Assembly: GCA_009602735.1 (NCBI GenBank)
Contig: WELA01003352.1
Coordinates: forward strand, 297,185 to 361,184
Direction: 5' to 3'
From: Mesotaenium endlicherianum
Taxonomy: Eukaryota
Length of the DNA stretch: 64,000 nt
Below the pieces are notes generated by a model. It did no database searches. It was not told the DNA's origin and worked only from the letters and a program-made list of their open reading frames with translations. Made by a program: the position numbers and the translations under genes. This document shows positions 35,453 through 48,305 of this stretch, piece after piece (the first letter of the stretch is position 1; each line of letters opens with the position of its first letter).

Positions 35453-37970
35453 GTGCGAGTGTGTGCACCCGAGCGTGCACGCGCACTTACTGCAGACCAA
35501 GCCTCCCATAAGCAATCAGATAAACTACCTCATGTGTTACTGCTAAAGTGTGGGTCGTAACAAAAACAGATAGGTGCATCTCAACTTACTGGCATAATTT
35601 GCGATAAGCTACTGCTGAAGTCAGCGTCTCGTCAGCCACCAGCCAGAGAGGCTGGCGCAGGGGCCGCTGCTGGCTTTCTGCCGCACGCCTGATCGAGGCA
35701 GGGGACGCTGTCACCAAAAGCCCTGAGCCCCAAAACTCAAGCATCAGCAGCTCACAGACGGGGGCTGCTGATACAGTTCCCTCTACAGGAGCTCACGTTG
35801 CCGCCCCTTCCTCCTGGTGTTGTCACTGCTGAGGGGTGCGATTGAGCGATGCAATTGAGCGGTGTAATTGAGCAGCGCGAGCAACGGACACCACGCACAC
35901 AAACGGAGACGCCATTGCTTGCCAGAGCAGATCGGCAACGGCAGTCGGCATCATCTTGGGAGGCAACGTGAGCAGAGCTGCGGGAGTCGAGCGCTAGAAC
36001 TCGCACAGAACTGATCATGGCGGAGCAGAAAAGCAGCCCCAGGGTAGGCGGGAGGGCGCCCGCCTCAATGGAGTGGGCAGGGCTGTCTTCAGAAGGCCGC
36101 GAGCGTCGGCCGGGCACGCGCTATATCAGATTAGGGTTTGGAATACGGGACACGGAGCAGGGCCTAGGGTTCAGGGCTTAGGCCTTGGAGCGGGTGATGA
36201 GCGCGCGTGTCGTGGGTGTTGGCAGCATGACACAGGACATGAGTGTCAAAACTGGGCTTTTCAACAGAGAAACCCTCAGCTTCAATCGCATGATGCCCCC
36301 CCCGCCCGATGCTGGGAGGAGGGAGAGACGACAAAGCTTGGCGCGGCACAATAGCAGACAGGCGCATGAGCGGACAGGCCGACAAGCACAAGCAGGTAGA
36401 CAGGCTCAGAGGTATGGCCATGCGTGGGGGATTGTGAAGGAAGGAAGAGAACGTGTTGCTGGTGTTTGAGGGGACTTGGGCAGCCCTTGGCCCTCAGCCC
36501 TCTGGCCCTGCCTTGCACCCGACGTCAAGCGGTAGAGTAAGCAGCAGAGGGGCGTGCTCGAGAGAGACTGGCTGGCACACAGCCTGATTGATCTGACTTA
36601 GAATGCAGGGCCTGAGGCCACATGCAACTTTGCGCGGGTGCTTCGCACAGCCCCAGAGACATATGGAGCCATATGCTGGCTGTGGCGCAGGGGGGCTTTG
36701 CAAAGGGCATGCACAACATCCCCCTTGTGGTGTGGGGGGCTGAGAGGCATCAGCACCGGAACGGAAAACATTGAATATAAATAAGGATAGGATACAAGAT
36801 ATAGGTTGACATAAATCAGGATATATTACATCCTGTGAGAAAGGCAGGAGAGGATATGGCCTTCATGAGAGAGGGGCATGCATGGGCGGGGAATGATGGA
36901 GGCGCACTCATGAGGAAGAAGACGCAGCGGCTATATCTCGCAACTCTAGACGTGGATGGGGCCAATCGTCATGTTTCTCTCTCTCTCAGCTCACGTGTTT
37001 CGTCTGAGCTGGCACCTTCACACGATTCTTTCAGTTCCCACAGCTCTCTTCCAGTCAAGGTTCTCACTATCAAATATTGATGCCTCTTCTCAGATAATGA
37101 TGGCAGTGGGCTCTGGAGCCAGGAGGCTACGTGCTTCTCACAGCAGCTGTTCGACACCGCCTAGGAATTGCTACCTGCTATCTCAAGGACCCATTGATAT
37201 GCAGCTGAAGCTTGGACGCATTCGCACTGCACCCTTTGGAACCAAATTCTGCCTGCCTGGCCGTTGGAGAAGTTCCAGCTTGTTTTATACACAAAAAGAG
37301 TGCGCCTCTCTCCGCTCCCTGTGTGATCTCGTAAAGACGAGGGAGATCAGATTCATGTCATACAATTATAGTAAAAAATGAAAAAGGCCAACAGAGCAAG
37401 TCGCTGCATAAAATTTTCGTAACTTGCTTGGACCGTAAAGTTTGACACAGAACCACTCTTGTTAAACACATTGACACTGACCTCGAGAGATTCCCGCTGT
37501 GATGTCACTGGTAGACACTCCAATGGACGTCTCATTTGTGGAACGTGTAAAACCCGCAGGCCATTAGACGCCATATTGGAGGGAGAGAAAATGAGAAGGG
37601 GGGTGGGCTTGGTGGGGAGGGGAGCGCATCGCACGTGTAATATGCCTTTGACACCGTCAAGCACCGTCGAGCACCGTCGAGCAGCCGTCGAGCTTTCTGT
37701 GGGTCTTCTTCAAGTCGCATCGAAGTGGAAGGACCGTGCATTGTGCAGTGAGGCAGGCATGAAAGGTACAAACTCGACCACCAGCTGCATGGAGCAGATT
37801 CACCCACTGACTCTTTTCATCAATTTGCAAATTTGCCGAAATCAGTGCTAGTGGCTTTCAGGTGGCTCTGGTATAAGTCATTCATTCAATTAAGATCAAG
37901 CGGAAGCACAAGCAGCATGCTGGTGAGCCTGCATGAGTCCTGAAAGGCGCAGGTTCTCGTCAACTCAGGA

Positions 37971-39772
37971 ATGAGACGACGAAAGGGCCACCATGGCAAC
38001 GCACAGCCAGGCGTTCCACAGAGGAGCCGCGCACTTAAGGGCACAGGCATTGCAGACATTCCCGACGACATTCTGGGGCGCATCCTGCAGAGAGCCTTGC
38101 AAGAGATGCGAGGTTTCAGTTTCGATTCAAGGTTTGTCAGCGGCTGCAGAAGGGTGTGCCATAAGTGGAACCGGGTCATCCGCTCCTGCTGCTACGAGCG
38201 GATCAGCCTCCCCGACGACCCGGAGAGGGACGTGGGGGCTGCCCTGGCCGAGCTGCGGAAGTATGGCAATGCGACGCATGTCAGCTTCTGGAACAAGATG
38301 GAGGGGGAGGAGGGGGTGCCAGGTGTCAGCTCCGAGCTCCTGAGGGCGCTGGCCGACGGGTCCCCCTCCGTCACCTCGTTTGACGTGACACTGTATCAAG
38401 GGCAGGCGGCTCTCCCGGACCTCGCGCCCTTCCTCTCCCACAGGACCTCTCTCCAGGAGCTCCGACTCAAGGTCCGGGACTACCCGCGGTACGAGCGCTG
38501 CTCCGTGGAGTACAAGACGCGGCTGGGCAACACCTGGCAGCGGTACTACGCCTCGCTGGCGGGCCTCGACTTTCAAGGCCTCGTGCACCTGAGGAAGCTC
38601 TCGCTCGACTTCAGGGGGCTCTTCTTCCCATTAGAGGAAGATATCGCTTGGAGCCGCTGCCCCCCCCCCAGCCTGCCCGTGAGCGCGACGCTCGCGCAGC
38701 TCCCTGGGCTGGCTGCCCTCCACCTGGAGCTTCCCCCGCAGGCCCAGGCGATGCTGCTGCCCCTGTGGCTGGGGGAGCTGCAGCCCTTCGCCAGCCTGCT
38801 GACAATCTTCTACCCCTGCCGGCGTCCCTGGCAGCCATGCGCACCCTGCGGGAGCTCGACTTCCGGATTGGCTTGTCAGAGCCCATGGGCGCCCGCGAGG
38901 TGGCACCCCTCGCGGGGCTGCACTCGTTGACCTCCCTCTCAGTGTACGGGAGCTTCCAGGAGTCCGAGGCTGCCAGGCGCAGCGTCGCGGCGGCCGTGTT
39001 CCACCCACGCCTGAGGAAGCTGCGGTTCACGGTCGCCGCGCTCCCCCCGCTGAGCGCGCCCATGCCTCTCCTGGAGGACCTGACGGTCCGAGTGGGCCAC
39101 TCCAAGGCGCCCCTGCAGCGCGACCTGTTTTCGTTCATGCCCGCGCTCCGCTCCCTGGCAGTGGTGCTCCCAGACAACGCCGAGTGGCCCGAGATGGGCG
39201 CCTACCTCACGGGGCTCACGTCTCTCAGCATCGATCACATGTGGAATAGAGAGAGGGGCTTCTGCGACGTGAGGTGCTTGAGTGCCCTCGCAAGGCTCGA
39301 GATTGGCAACTGCCAGCTGCTGGAGTGCACGGCGGGGGTGTTTGGCCTCGGCCCCTCGACAGCTGTCACGCTGAACTGCTACTGCCAGGGGCTCCCCCCG
39401 CGCTGCTACGAGAAGTATGCAGATTACATGTGGGCACAACGCAACTGCTCTGGGGAGTGGATGGCTCGTGGCATAGCCAGGCAGCTCTTCTGCGACACGC
39501 GCGTCAGACCGCAGCCAGCGGACGGCTGTGTGCCGGGCCTGCATAGTGGGGGTCCCGCCGGGGAGCAAGATTTCTGCGTTGCCTGGGACTCTCGCAAGAA
39601 TGGAGTGATCTGCGAAACTCTTGAGACAAATTTAGAAAGCGGAGTGAGAACGTTCACGCGCGTGTGGCAGCAGGAGGGCGGAGCGTGGGCGCCACCTGCC
39701 CCTGGCAGACGTGGGCCCATTCCTGTAGGAAGGAGGGGAGTGTCCTGCTCAAGCAAGGCGTTTGTTTTTTGA
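37971..39772 (+). pseudogene. F-box/LRR paralogue 4, one frameshift at ~38790-38825
   Basis: ORF 37971-38930 aligns with the paralogues up to LQPFASL. ORF 38648-39772 resumes the alignment at SLAAMRTLRELDF and includes the Cys-rich motif plus a tail. Confidence 0.8.
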
Positions 39773-41163
39773 GCTACCGTGCTAGCTTCTTGGCAGAAGT
39801 TCTATCTTGTAGCATTTGTTGTAATCTAGGCAATTTATTGCCTCTTTGTCGGGGACAGGCGCACCCGCGCAGTGTGAACGCTGCATGTCGTCCGTGGCGT
39901 TACTGTACTTCAAGGGCAGCAATGGCTTCTGAAGAGACACAATGAGAGCTCAACGACAGAAGCTGCCTGATTGGTTCTCAGATCTGCTCTCTGGACTCTG
40001 TCAACCAAAATAAAGACCCAGGCTGCTTTCATCCCAGCCAGCCCTTGCTCAAATTCTTCTATGTTTCACCCGTGGTCGACCTTTGCATTTCTGCTCAGTT
40101 TTCCTAATTTTCCATTTTACGTACTGAAAATCTCTTTGACTCTTGAAGTTCCATAGCACCGTTCCCTGAAGCACGGGCAATCTGAATAGTGGAATGTATA
40201 TCATCAGTCAGATCTTTTAAAAAAAAAAAGCTCGTATCTGCCACGTGATGAAGCAGACTTGAGCTGCTAGTGGAACCCATGGTGGACCAGGGAGGAGCCC
40301 GCAAGTCGTTGGAGCACCTTGCATTTGCTAAGCTCTATGTTACCATCAACAGCCTGCGTGAAGTGTATATGTACGCGTTGGTCCTTTATCACATATATAT
40401 TAGAGCTGACAAGTAATAATGCATATCCCACAATGGGGATTCAAGGTCGAATGGAGACTGAGGTACGCTGTGGCATGAATCCACCTCTCTTGCTAAGGCT
40501 TTGCTTGTTACTCGCGCTCTGTGACACTGCAATGGCTTGTCCTCCCAAAGTCACAAGGCCATGTAGCTGGCAAACCCCAGCTCGTCCTTCTGCCCAAGCG
40601 ATTGCAAATGTGGAAGGAGATGATACCGAGTCCCGACTATGTTACGCTTCATCTGCAGCGTTGTCTCGACAGAAAGCCAGGGCTGGCCGTGTATGAACTT
40701 CACTCATAATTGGCTGCCAAATATATTAATATATATGCAAGCCCAGTTGCCACGTAGTCCTTTGTGTACGTCTGGCTGCTTTCAGTCACAATCACAATAA
40801 AAGGACAACACCTACTGCTTACAACCATATTGGCCATAAGAATCTGCACCAGTGTCCACATGCAAATTGATTCACAATTGAACCTGTGCAAAGTAGTGTG
40901 ATGATTGACATCAACAAGTTAACACGGAACACCATACACACGAACTACTATCACAAAAATTGTGACTAGCTTTTACCTCGATTCTCTCTAAAGAGGGCCT
41001 GCCAAGGCGACCTGAGGGCTTCCTTTTTAGCCCTTGAGGGCAGCAAACACCCACAGTGTATTCCTCTACTCAGCATGGGGTCTCCTCTTTGCAGCAAACA
41101 CCCACGACATAACTCCCTTAAGTAATCAACAACTTCCTCATTCTCAGGATCCAAAGTTCATCT

Positions 41164-42455
41164 TCAGGGCCGCCTCCTCCCCATGTACCGGCAATTCCTC
41201 CAGTACATAATCAGCGGCGCCTCCTCCGCGCACGGGCTGGGAGCCCCGCACTCGTGCTCGTGGAGGAACTGCGAGCACCACCGGGTCTGGTTCCAGGGGG
41301 GCGACACCATGGGCTCCTTCCCGACGAGGTGGTGGAACAGCCCCTCGAGCGCAAACCCCGTGGTCAGCCGGTCGATTGCCGCCCGGTCGCCCCTCAGCCG
41401 CCCGTTCTGCTCAGGAACCTCCGCGGCCGAGGCCCTGGCCCTGCGCACCAATGAGAGGCCGCCGTCGTGCGCGCGTGAGTCACAACTGAGCGGGGGTGCT
41501 TGCAGCTTTTAAGCTGAACAGCACGCATGAGAGCGAGAGGGGAAGCAAAGTGCGTGCGACAGTGCGCGCCGGTGTGCGAAGGTTCTCGTTGTGCAGAAAT
41601 AGACAAAAAATACCAGCCATGGAAGGAAGGGGCAGGCTGAAGGTGTGGGGGGCATTTGAAGGAAAGGAGGTGCCGAAGGATGAGAGGGGGGAGAGGGCTT
41701 TGTAAGCTCACATGGACAAATCGGCAATCTCGCCCCGCTCATCCCACTCCACGCTGGCTGCATGGCACAGGCCCCTGCAGGCCCCAACAGAGGCGTTCGG
41801 AAGAAACAATACTGGTGCATGTCAATATGATTATATAAATGACATAGAGACACAATTGCTACATTTATATTATATTCATATATACATACATTTATGAAAA
41901 CATAGGTCCAAATATGTACATCGATAAGTACATATATACTCCTGTACATAAGGGTACACAAGAAGAAGCACCAGAGCAATCGTGTCAAAATGTTGCCTCG
42001 TGATAATGAACAGATTAAAGTGGGATGGACAAGCATGCCAAGAAGTCCTTCGAGCCCGTGCCCGCCGACATATTACAACCATACCCATATCCCACCACTG
42101 CAACTGCTACTGCTAGTACCATCGCCAATGCCCAATGCCATACCACTGCTGCTACCACCATGCCCTCGGAGCAAGAGCAGAACGGTGGTGCAGTGCCCAC
42201 TGCCTACCCACTGCAAGCCTCCCACTCTTCATCTGCGACATGCACAAACCTCCCCATGCGCCCCTGCTGTTGGTCAATTCCCACACAAGGGTGCTGAGCA
42301 CAGCAGGGCTATCCAGAGCGCTTTCACTTTTGGGAAAAGGACGTGTAAAAGTGTGCCGGATTGAGCAAAAGAGGTTAAGAATAGGCTGGGGCCAGGATGG
42401 GGGCCGGGCCCGAGGGCAAGTCCAGGGAGGTGCTATGCGTGTGTGTGTGTGCGTG

Positions 42456-42495
<40 letters not shown>

Positions 42496-42521
42496 TGTGT
42501 GCCCGCGCGCGCGCACGTGTG

Positions 42522-42556
<35 letters not shown>

Positions 42557-45500
42557 CTGTGCCCCCGCGCGCCCGTGTGTGCGTGTGTATGTTTGTGTGG
42601 GTGGGTGGGTGGGTGCATACGTTTTTTGCAATAAAAACAGTTACGATCTACCTAAAGATGCGTGTTCCCGTGTGTGTGCTTGAGGAAAGGCTGCATGGAA
42701 AAGGTGTGGATGTAGAGAACAGCAGTCAAGAACTAGGCAAGACCCACACAAGGGCGCCTTTCAAGAAAGCAATGAATATGTGCTCCCAGCCCCCTAGAAA
42801 GCCAGCAAATACAACACGGAGGCACGAGCGCCTTGCTGCCTGCACGCACGCGCGCGCAAGTGAATGCACGCACAAATGCATGCACGCGGACAGACAGAAA
42901 CTCACTGGTGCTGCACAACAAGGCTGTGCGCTCGCTTGTACTGCTGCCGAGTATTCTTTTGGATGAGCTCGCGGGACACCACGTACTGCTGGCACCCGTA
43001 GGCTGCACACACGCAGACACACACGCACACATAAACACACACACGCAGACGCACATACGCACGCACGCATGCACGATGCACACGGATGACGCAGACGCAT
43101 GGCGCACGCGATACAACACCTCAGTCAGCACAGTCTTACAATGGCAAGCACGCACGCACGCACGCACGATGCGCGCCGGTCAAATCTCAGTCAGCTCGTT
43201 GTACACACGCAGCGGCAAGAGGCTGCCAGGTGTCACCACGACCACGGCCCGTAGCCCCACCTTCGGCTCTCAAGCCCCCTCCCTACTGCGTAGATGCGTT
43301 TGAATTTTGCGCGCGTGCACCGCTAAGTCTCAGCAGAGGCTGTGAAGACAAGGGCTCGACTCTTCAGAGGGGCGCTACATACAAGCAGTGCTGTGGCAGG
43401 TCTGTCTGAGTCCCGCTGGGGTAAAGAGGGAGAGGGGACCAACTCCTGACTAAGTACTAGACTAAGTAATAGACAGGAACGCAAGAACGGTAGTAACGAG
43501 TTCAGAATAGATTTAGGGTTTAGGGTCAGTAAGGTTTCGGAGTTCGGGTCTAGTGTTAAAAATGAGTGGTGATTATGACTATTGTATTTAAGACTTCTTA
43601 TTGTAACTGTTGTGACTAATTCTGACGAATGTGGTTCGGCTCAAAGAAGGAGGCCCCCTAGCCTACGGTGCACTCGCCAAGGTGAGGCTTCGACCTCCAG
43701 CCCAAAAACTTCTTGCCCCTCCAGGCGGTTCTAGCTCTCGCTCACTTATGTATGTGTATACACATGCACACACCAACATATTGGGCAGCCCGGACAGCAG
43801 CAGCACCAGCAGCAAGGGAGGAGGAGAAGGCTTGCTCACAACTGCCCGACACCTGTCAGCAACCTATGCGTACACGATACAGGCGGCGGGTGATGACTCC
43901 CTTGCGCACCTGCACTGCCCAAAAATAAAGGAAAGTGTATTCCACCTTACCCTGATCTGAGCTCAGAAGCGAAAAGAAAGGAGAAGGATATTCTGAGTCC
44001 ATTCATGGTGCTTGAACCTAGAAGCTAATACCCTGAAGCTGCAAACCCGAGACCTTATTGAGCCCCTGGGAAGGGGGGGGGNNNNNNNNNNNNNNNNNNN
44101 NNNNNNNNNNNNNNNNNNNNNNNNNNNNNNNNNNNNNNGGGGGGGGAGGGGATGGACCCAGGCGGGTGTGCTCACTCTGAATGCGCAGGGAGGGGTCAAC
44201 TCTTGTCTCAAATGCCCGCCCCAGGTTGCGCCAGCACGACCGCACAGCCTGCTTCGCCAGGCGCCTCTTGTCGGGAGCCCAATAAGCGTCGAAATGCGCG
44301 CTGTCCCTGTTCATGAATATCCTGCAAACACCCGGGCACTCAAGCACAACTGGGTGAGCCGGGGGGGCACTTGCTCGCCCTCAACAGTGCTGTTCTGTTA
44401 GCGGCTGCCAGTGGCTGCCAGTGGCTGCTTAGGTTTCAATATTCCCCACCCCCCTCCCTCTCCCGGGGAGGAGAGGGGGGGCCCTCGCCCTGCAGTCGCT
44501 TGACAGCTGGCGGGCTGGTCAGGCGGCACGGGTGCCTGGAGCCCTCACAGGGACAAGGGGGGCGACAGAAAAGTTGGCATGCAAGCGAGCGCGTGCGCGC
44601 GTGCACGAGCGAGCGGGCGAGCAACAGAGCACTGCATGCTCAAGTGTGGAGGTGTTGGCAACTTGGCAGCCCTCGGGCAGCCCTCGGGCTCAAGCCACAG
44701 GCCCGTGGATTCGTGAGGTGAAGTCAGTCCAGCATGCATGTCAGGCAGGCCTCTCAAAGAATCGGAGGCGGCCTCGGCTGCAGCAACTCCTGCTTCTCCC
44801 ACCACCTTCAGGAGTGACCGATGCACGCCAAGTGGCTGCTGCATCCGTCCGACACGTGGAGAGTGCGATCTGTGCACAGGCAGCCCTGGACCCCGTGAGC
44901 TTCTCACGCACGTGGACTCGCTCCCACGCCAAAAACCGCTCCGCTTCAAAACTGCAGAGCAAAAATGCGAAGAATGCATCTACTGCTGCACACAATGAGG
45001 AGCGCACGCTTCTGGGACACCGGACAACTTTTCACACACGGGTGCGAGGGGTATCACACACAGAGGTGCGAGGGGTGGGGGGNGCGGGATGAGGGGGAGA
45101 GGAAGGGACCTGGGAGGGGACGCATGAGCTGAGCTGCTCACCGGCTGAGGGGCGCAAACGAGGCCGAGGGCTTCAGGCACCTCAGCCAGTCCTCCCAGGG
45201 GGGCAGGCAGTCCCTCGGCCGCGCCTGTATGAACGCGACCCGCTCCGGCAGGTTGTCGTAGAACTCGAGGATGAAGCAGAGGTACACCCCCCCCTCAAAG
45301 GCCGCGTTGGGGCAGAAGCGGGCTCCCAGGGGGTCAGTTCTCTGGTACAGGAACAGGGGCCACCTGTGCGCCCAGTGGGGGAAGGACTCGTTGAACTCCC
45401 GGTAGCTCGCCACCACCAGCACAGGGGGCCCCCCCCGGGGCCACTGGAGGCGCCGGTAGGAGCTCGCCACCTGGAAGTCCACGGGGGGCGCGCCAGGTGG

Positions 45501-46301
45501 CTGCGGCAGGTTGATGCGCATCACGTTCTCCCAAGCGAGCTCCTCCGCTGTTGGGCCATGTGTTGTTGGGCCGTCAGGAGACGTGCCGTCAGGTGGAGAG
45601 TGGTCCCCACGCCCATCGCGAGTCCACTGTGACCTGGACGAGTTGCTAGCTGTCGCGCTCTCCTCCCCCTGGGCCTGGCGGGTGCTGCTGCTCCCCTCCC
45701 CTGCTCCCTGTTCCAACTTGCCCTCGCTGGCCCCCTCCACCGCCCCACCAGCAGGTAAGGTTTCGCCCGCAAGCCCTGCAGTGAATTGGTTGTTCGCGTG
45801 CTGACTTCCGTTCTGAGCTGCACCCTCCTGGCCTCCTTCTGCTTCTTCTTCTACTTCTTTTCCTTCTTGAGCGGGCTGCTCCAGCTCACGAGGAAGAGCT
45901 TGCTCTACAAGTACATTCAAAGCACCTGCTGATTCTTGCTCAGCCTCCACGGAGTCTCTCGCAGCTGCGTCTCGTGAATCTTCTGCATCATCTTGCTGTA
46001 TGCCTGTCTTGAAGCTCCCTGGCAATGCAGAAGGCTCAGTAGCTTGTGACTCGTTCACCAACAGAGCAGCAGGAACTTTGGTAGGGATTAGTTCCTGCAC
46101 CTCCTCCACCTCGGAAGCAGCATAAAGGCCAGGAGAAGGGAGGGAAGGCAGGTCTAGGATAACCCCCGGTTTTGTAGGCTGCCCTCGTAGGGTACCAAGA
46201 ACGGTTAAGAGAAGGACCACAGCACAGAGAGCTGCCAGTAAGCTAGCTACAAGTATTCTCTGAAGGTATGGCTTTTGATCTCCTGCTGCTTCTGGTACCA
46301 T
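41164..46301 (-). CDS. DUF3431-like type II membrane protein, 4 exons
   Basis: Exons 46301-45142 ([21 protein letters not shown], acidic stem, LVVASYRE...[29 protein letters not shown]), 44321-44176 (..[10 protein letters not shown]..), 43002-42906 ([13 protein letters not shown]), 41440-41164 ([13 protein letters not shown]). All GT-AG, phases 2/1/2 are consistent, and the motifs resemble DUF3431. Confidence 0.8.
42436..42610. repeat. Compound (GT/GC)n microsatellite
   Basis: Long GT-rich run inside an intron. Confidence 0.9.
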
Positions 46302-47020
46302 TCTTCTACATCCTCTCAGTTCGACAGCAATTAATATGCTGCAGAATGACATGCACGGTAGCCAGAATTCTTCAGAACCCTTATACAATACTTACTTTTA
46401 TTATCCAATGATTCTCACCACCAGAAGGCTAGACAGATAACAAAATTTCCGACGGTCACTATTCAATTATCCGGTGCCAAGCCGAAAGTATAAGTTAAGC
46501 CGTCTAAGCAGGTGCTCATTTAAATAACCTCATAGCGTAGCGCACCTCACAGCGCATCCTGACGCCTTGGACTGCAGTTCAATGCTCCGACTCTAGCTCA
46601 CACCAGTGCTGTAGAGTCTAGACGCTAAAAACTCCATGACATGGTGCCGTGGCAAGAAGTGGCCCAATAAATTCTTTCAGAAACATGCTATCTCAAACAT
46701 GCGTCTTAGAAGCTCGATGGGGATACTCATCAGAAACTGGAATGCGTTCTTGATTGGGCGCCAGCAGGTGCCAGAAATTTACCATGGCTTCTACTTCTTT
46801 ATATATCCCAGCTTGAGTTTGACACTTGGCCTAGCAGCAACATCGCCTAAGTGGTTTGCTGCCGCTTTTGACTCCATCGCAGCCGTCAATTTTCCTCCAC
46901 AGACAATCACACGTACAGGCACTACATCGCGGTCCATGGAAGGCCAATCCTGGCTGACTCGGCACTCTGGTTCTCACAGACCACCTCAGGTCAGCCTCAG
47001 GTAATCTCAGGTCATGTCTT

Positions 47021-47083
47021 TGACCTGCTTCGACCCACTTCGACCTGCTACGTCCCACTTCGACCAACTTCGACCCACTTCGG
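47021..47083. repeat. ~6 x 10-bp tandem repeat (cgacccactt)
   Basis: tgacctgctt cgacccactt cgacctgcta cgtcccactt cgaccaactt cgacccactt. Confidence 0.85.
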
Positions 47084-48305
47084 CTTATCGTCAATTATTT
47101 TCTGTATGTTGTTGACTTTTTGTGAGCTACGTTCGTTCATCAGTGAGTAGGGCACTGAGGGCAGGTTAACATAGTCAACCTCGATTCTTCCGCCATCATG
47201 TATTATGCACCATGATGAAGCAGTGATGAAGCCATGATGCATCATGAAGTGTTGTCAGAAAGAATTAAGCGTGAAGAAGCCGTGAGCAAGGCGTGATTTC
47301 TGTGCTTCCCGAGCATGGTGCATGATTGTGGAGAGTCGAGACGGGAGTTGGTGCATACCGCATGATGAGACAGGTTGAGAAATTAACATGTGACGACAGG
47401 AACCACAAGATGTCTTTGAACCCCTCGTAAAAGTTTCCCAATGGCCACCCATTAGTCACTAACACATCGAGCTAGCCAGCTTCTTTTGATGATATTATCC
47501 GGTGCTTTACTTGTAATTTGTATGGTGCCGTTCTCGTCATGTGTTCCAAATAAAGAGTTACATTTACCTTCACGATCGTTATTTGTGGTCCTCACGCCCC
47601 TTGCATGTGTAGGTCCTTGCATTTTCAGTTTCTGAGGTCGTGGCGACGGTTTTTTGTGTGCTCTAGCTTGGACAGTGTAATAGAAAATGATCCAGCTATC
47701 GCTTGTCGGCCCTCACTGCTCATGCATTTCAGTCCAATGTCGTGCTGATTTTAAGATACCTTAACATGTACCCAAGTTATCTTGTTCTGCAATGGCCAAA
47801 GCATACACATGAGTTACCGGCATTCTGTCAAGTTTGCAACTTGATCGAGTTTGAAGCTGTTTGTGTGTATTCCGTGTACTGCACTCCTATCGTTCTGCGA
47901 GCTGACATGGCCAAGCCTGGCCTGAAGAGGGTACTGACTTATGACAGCTACTTCTAATTGATATGATAAAGGCAAGTAATGAGCTTGTGAGGGTGCTTAG
48001 GTTTAATATCTCTCAGGACAAAGTAACCGACTTTGTGAGAGGCAGCCCCCTGCTCAACATACAGGAGTGAAGTTAAATTAAATCTAAGTCGTGGGTCTAC
48101 AATGTGCCACGTAGCGAACTAGCTGTTTAGTCACAAAGTTCCCACCTAGTGTAGATTCATTCGTGAACCAAGCGAGGAGGTAGTGATTCACATTGGCAGC
48201 AATCAGTAACAGTGCAACAAGGGTCCAGCGTTTGTGCACAAAGCGCCAGGTGGCAGCAGCAGTACACATGAAGAGGACCCATGGCAGGGCCGTTAGGGCA
48301 CGGAA

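Noticed and set aside
42135..43167. VC/HT-repeat ORFs
   Set aside because: Translations of GT/CA microsatellites.
43511..43525. TTTAGGG x2 as an interstitial telomere
   Set aside because: Two units only; a common telo-box-sized motif.
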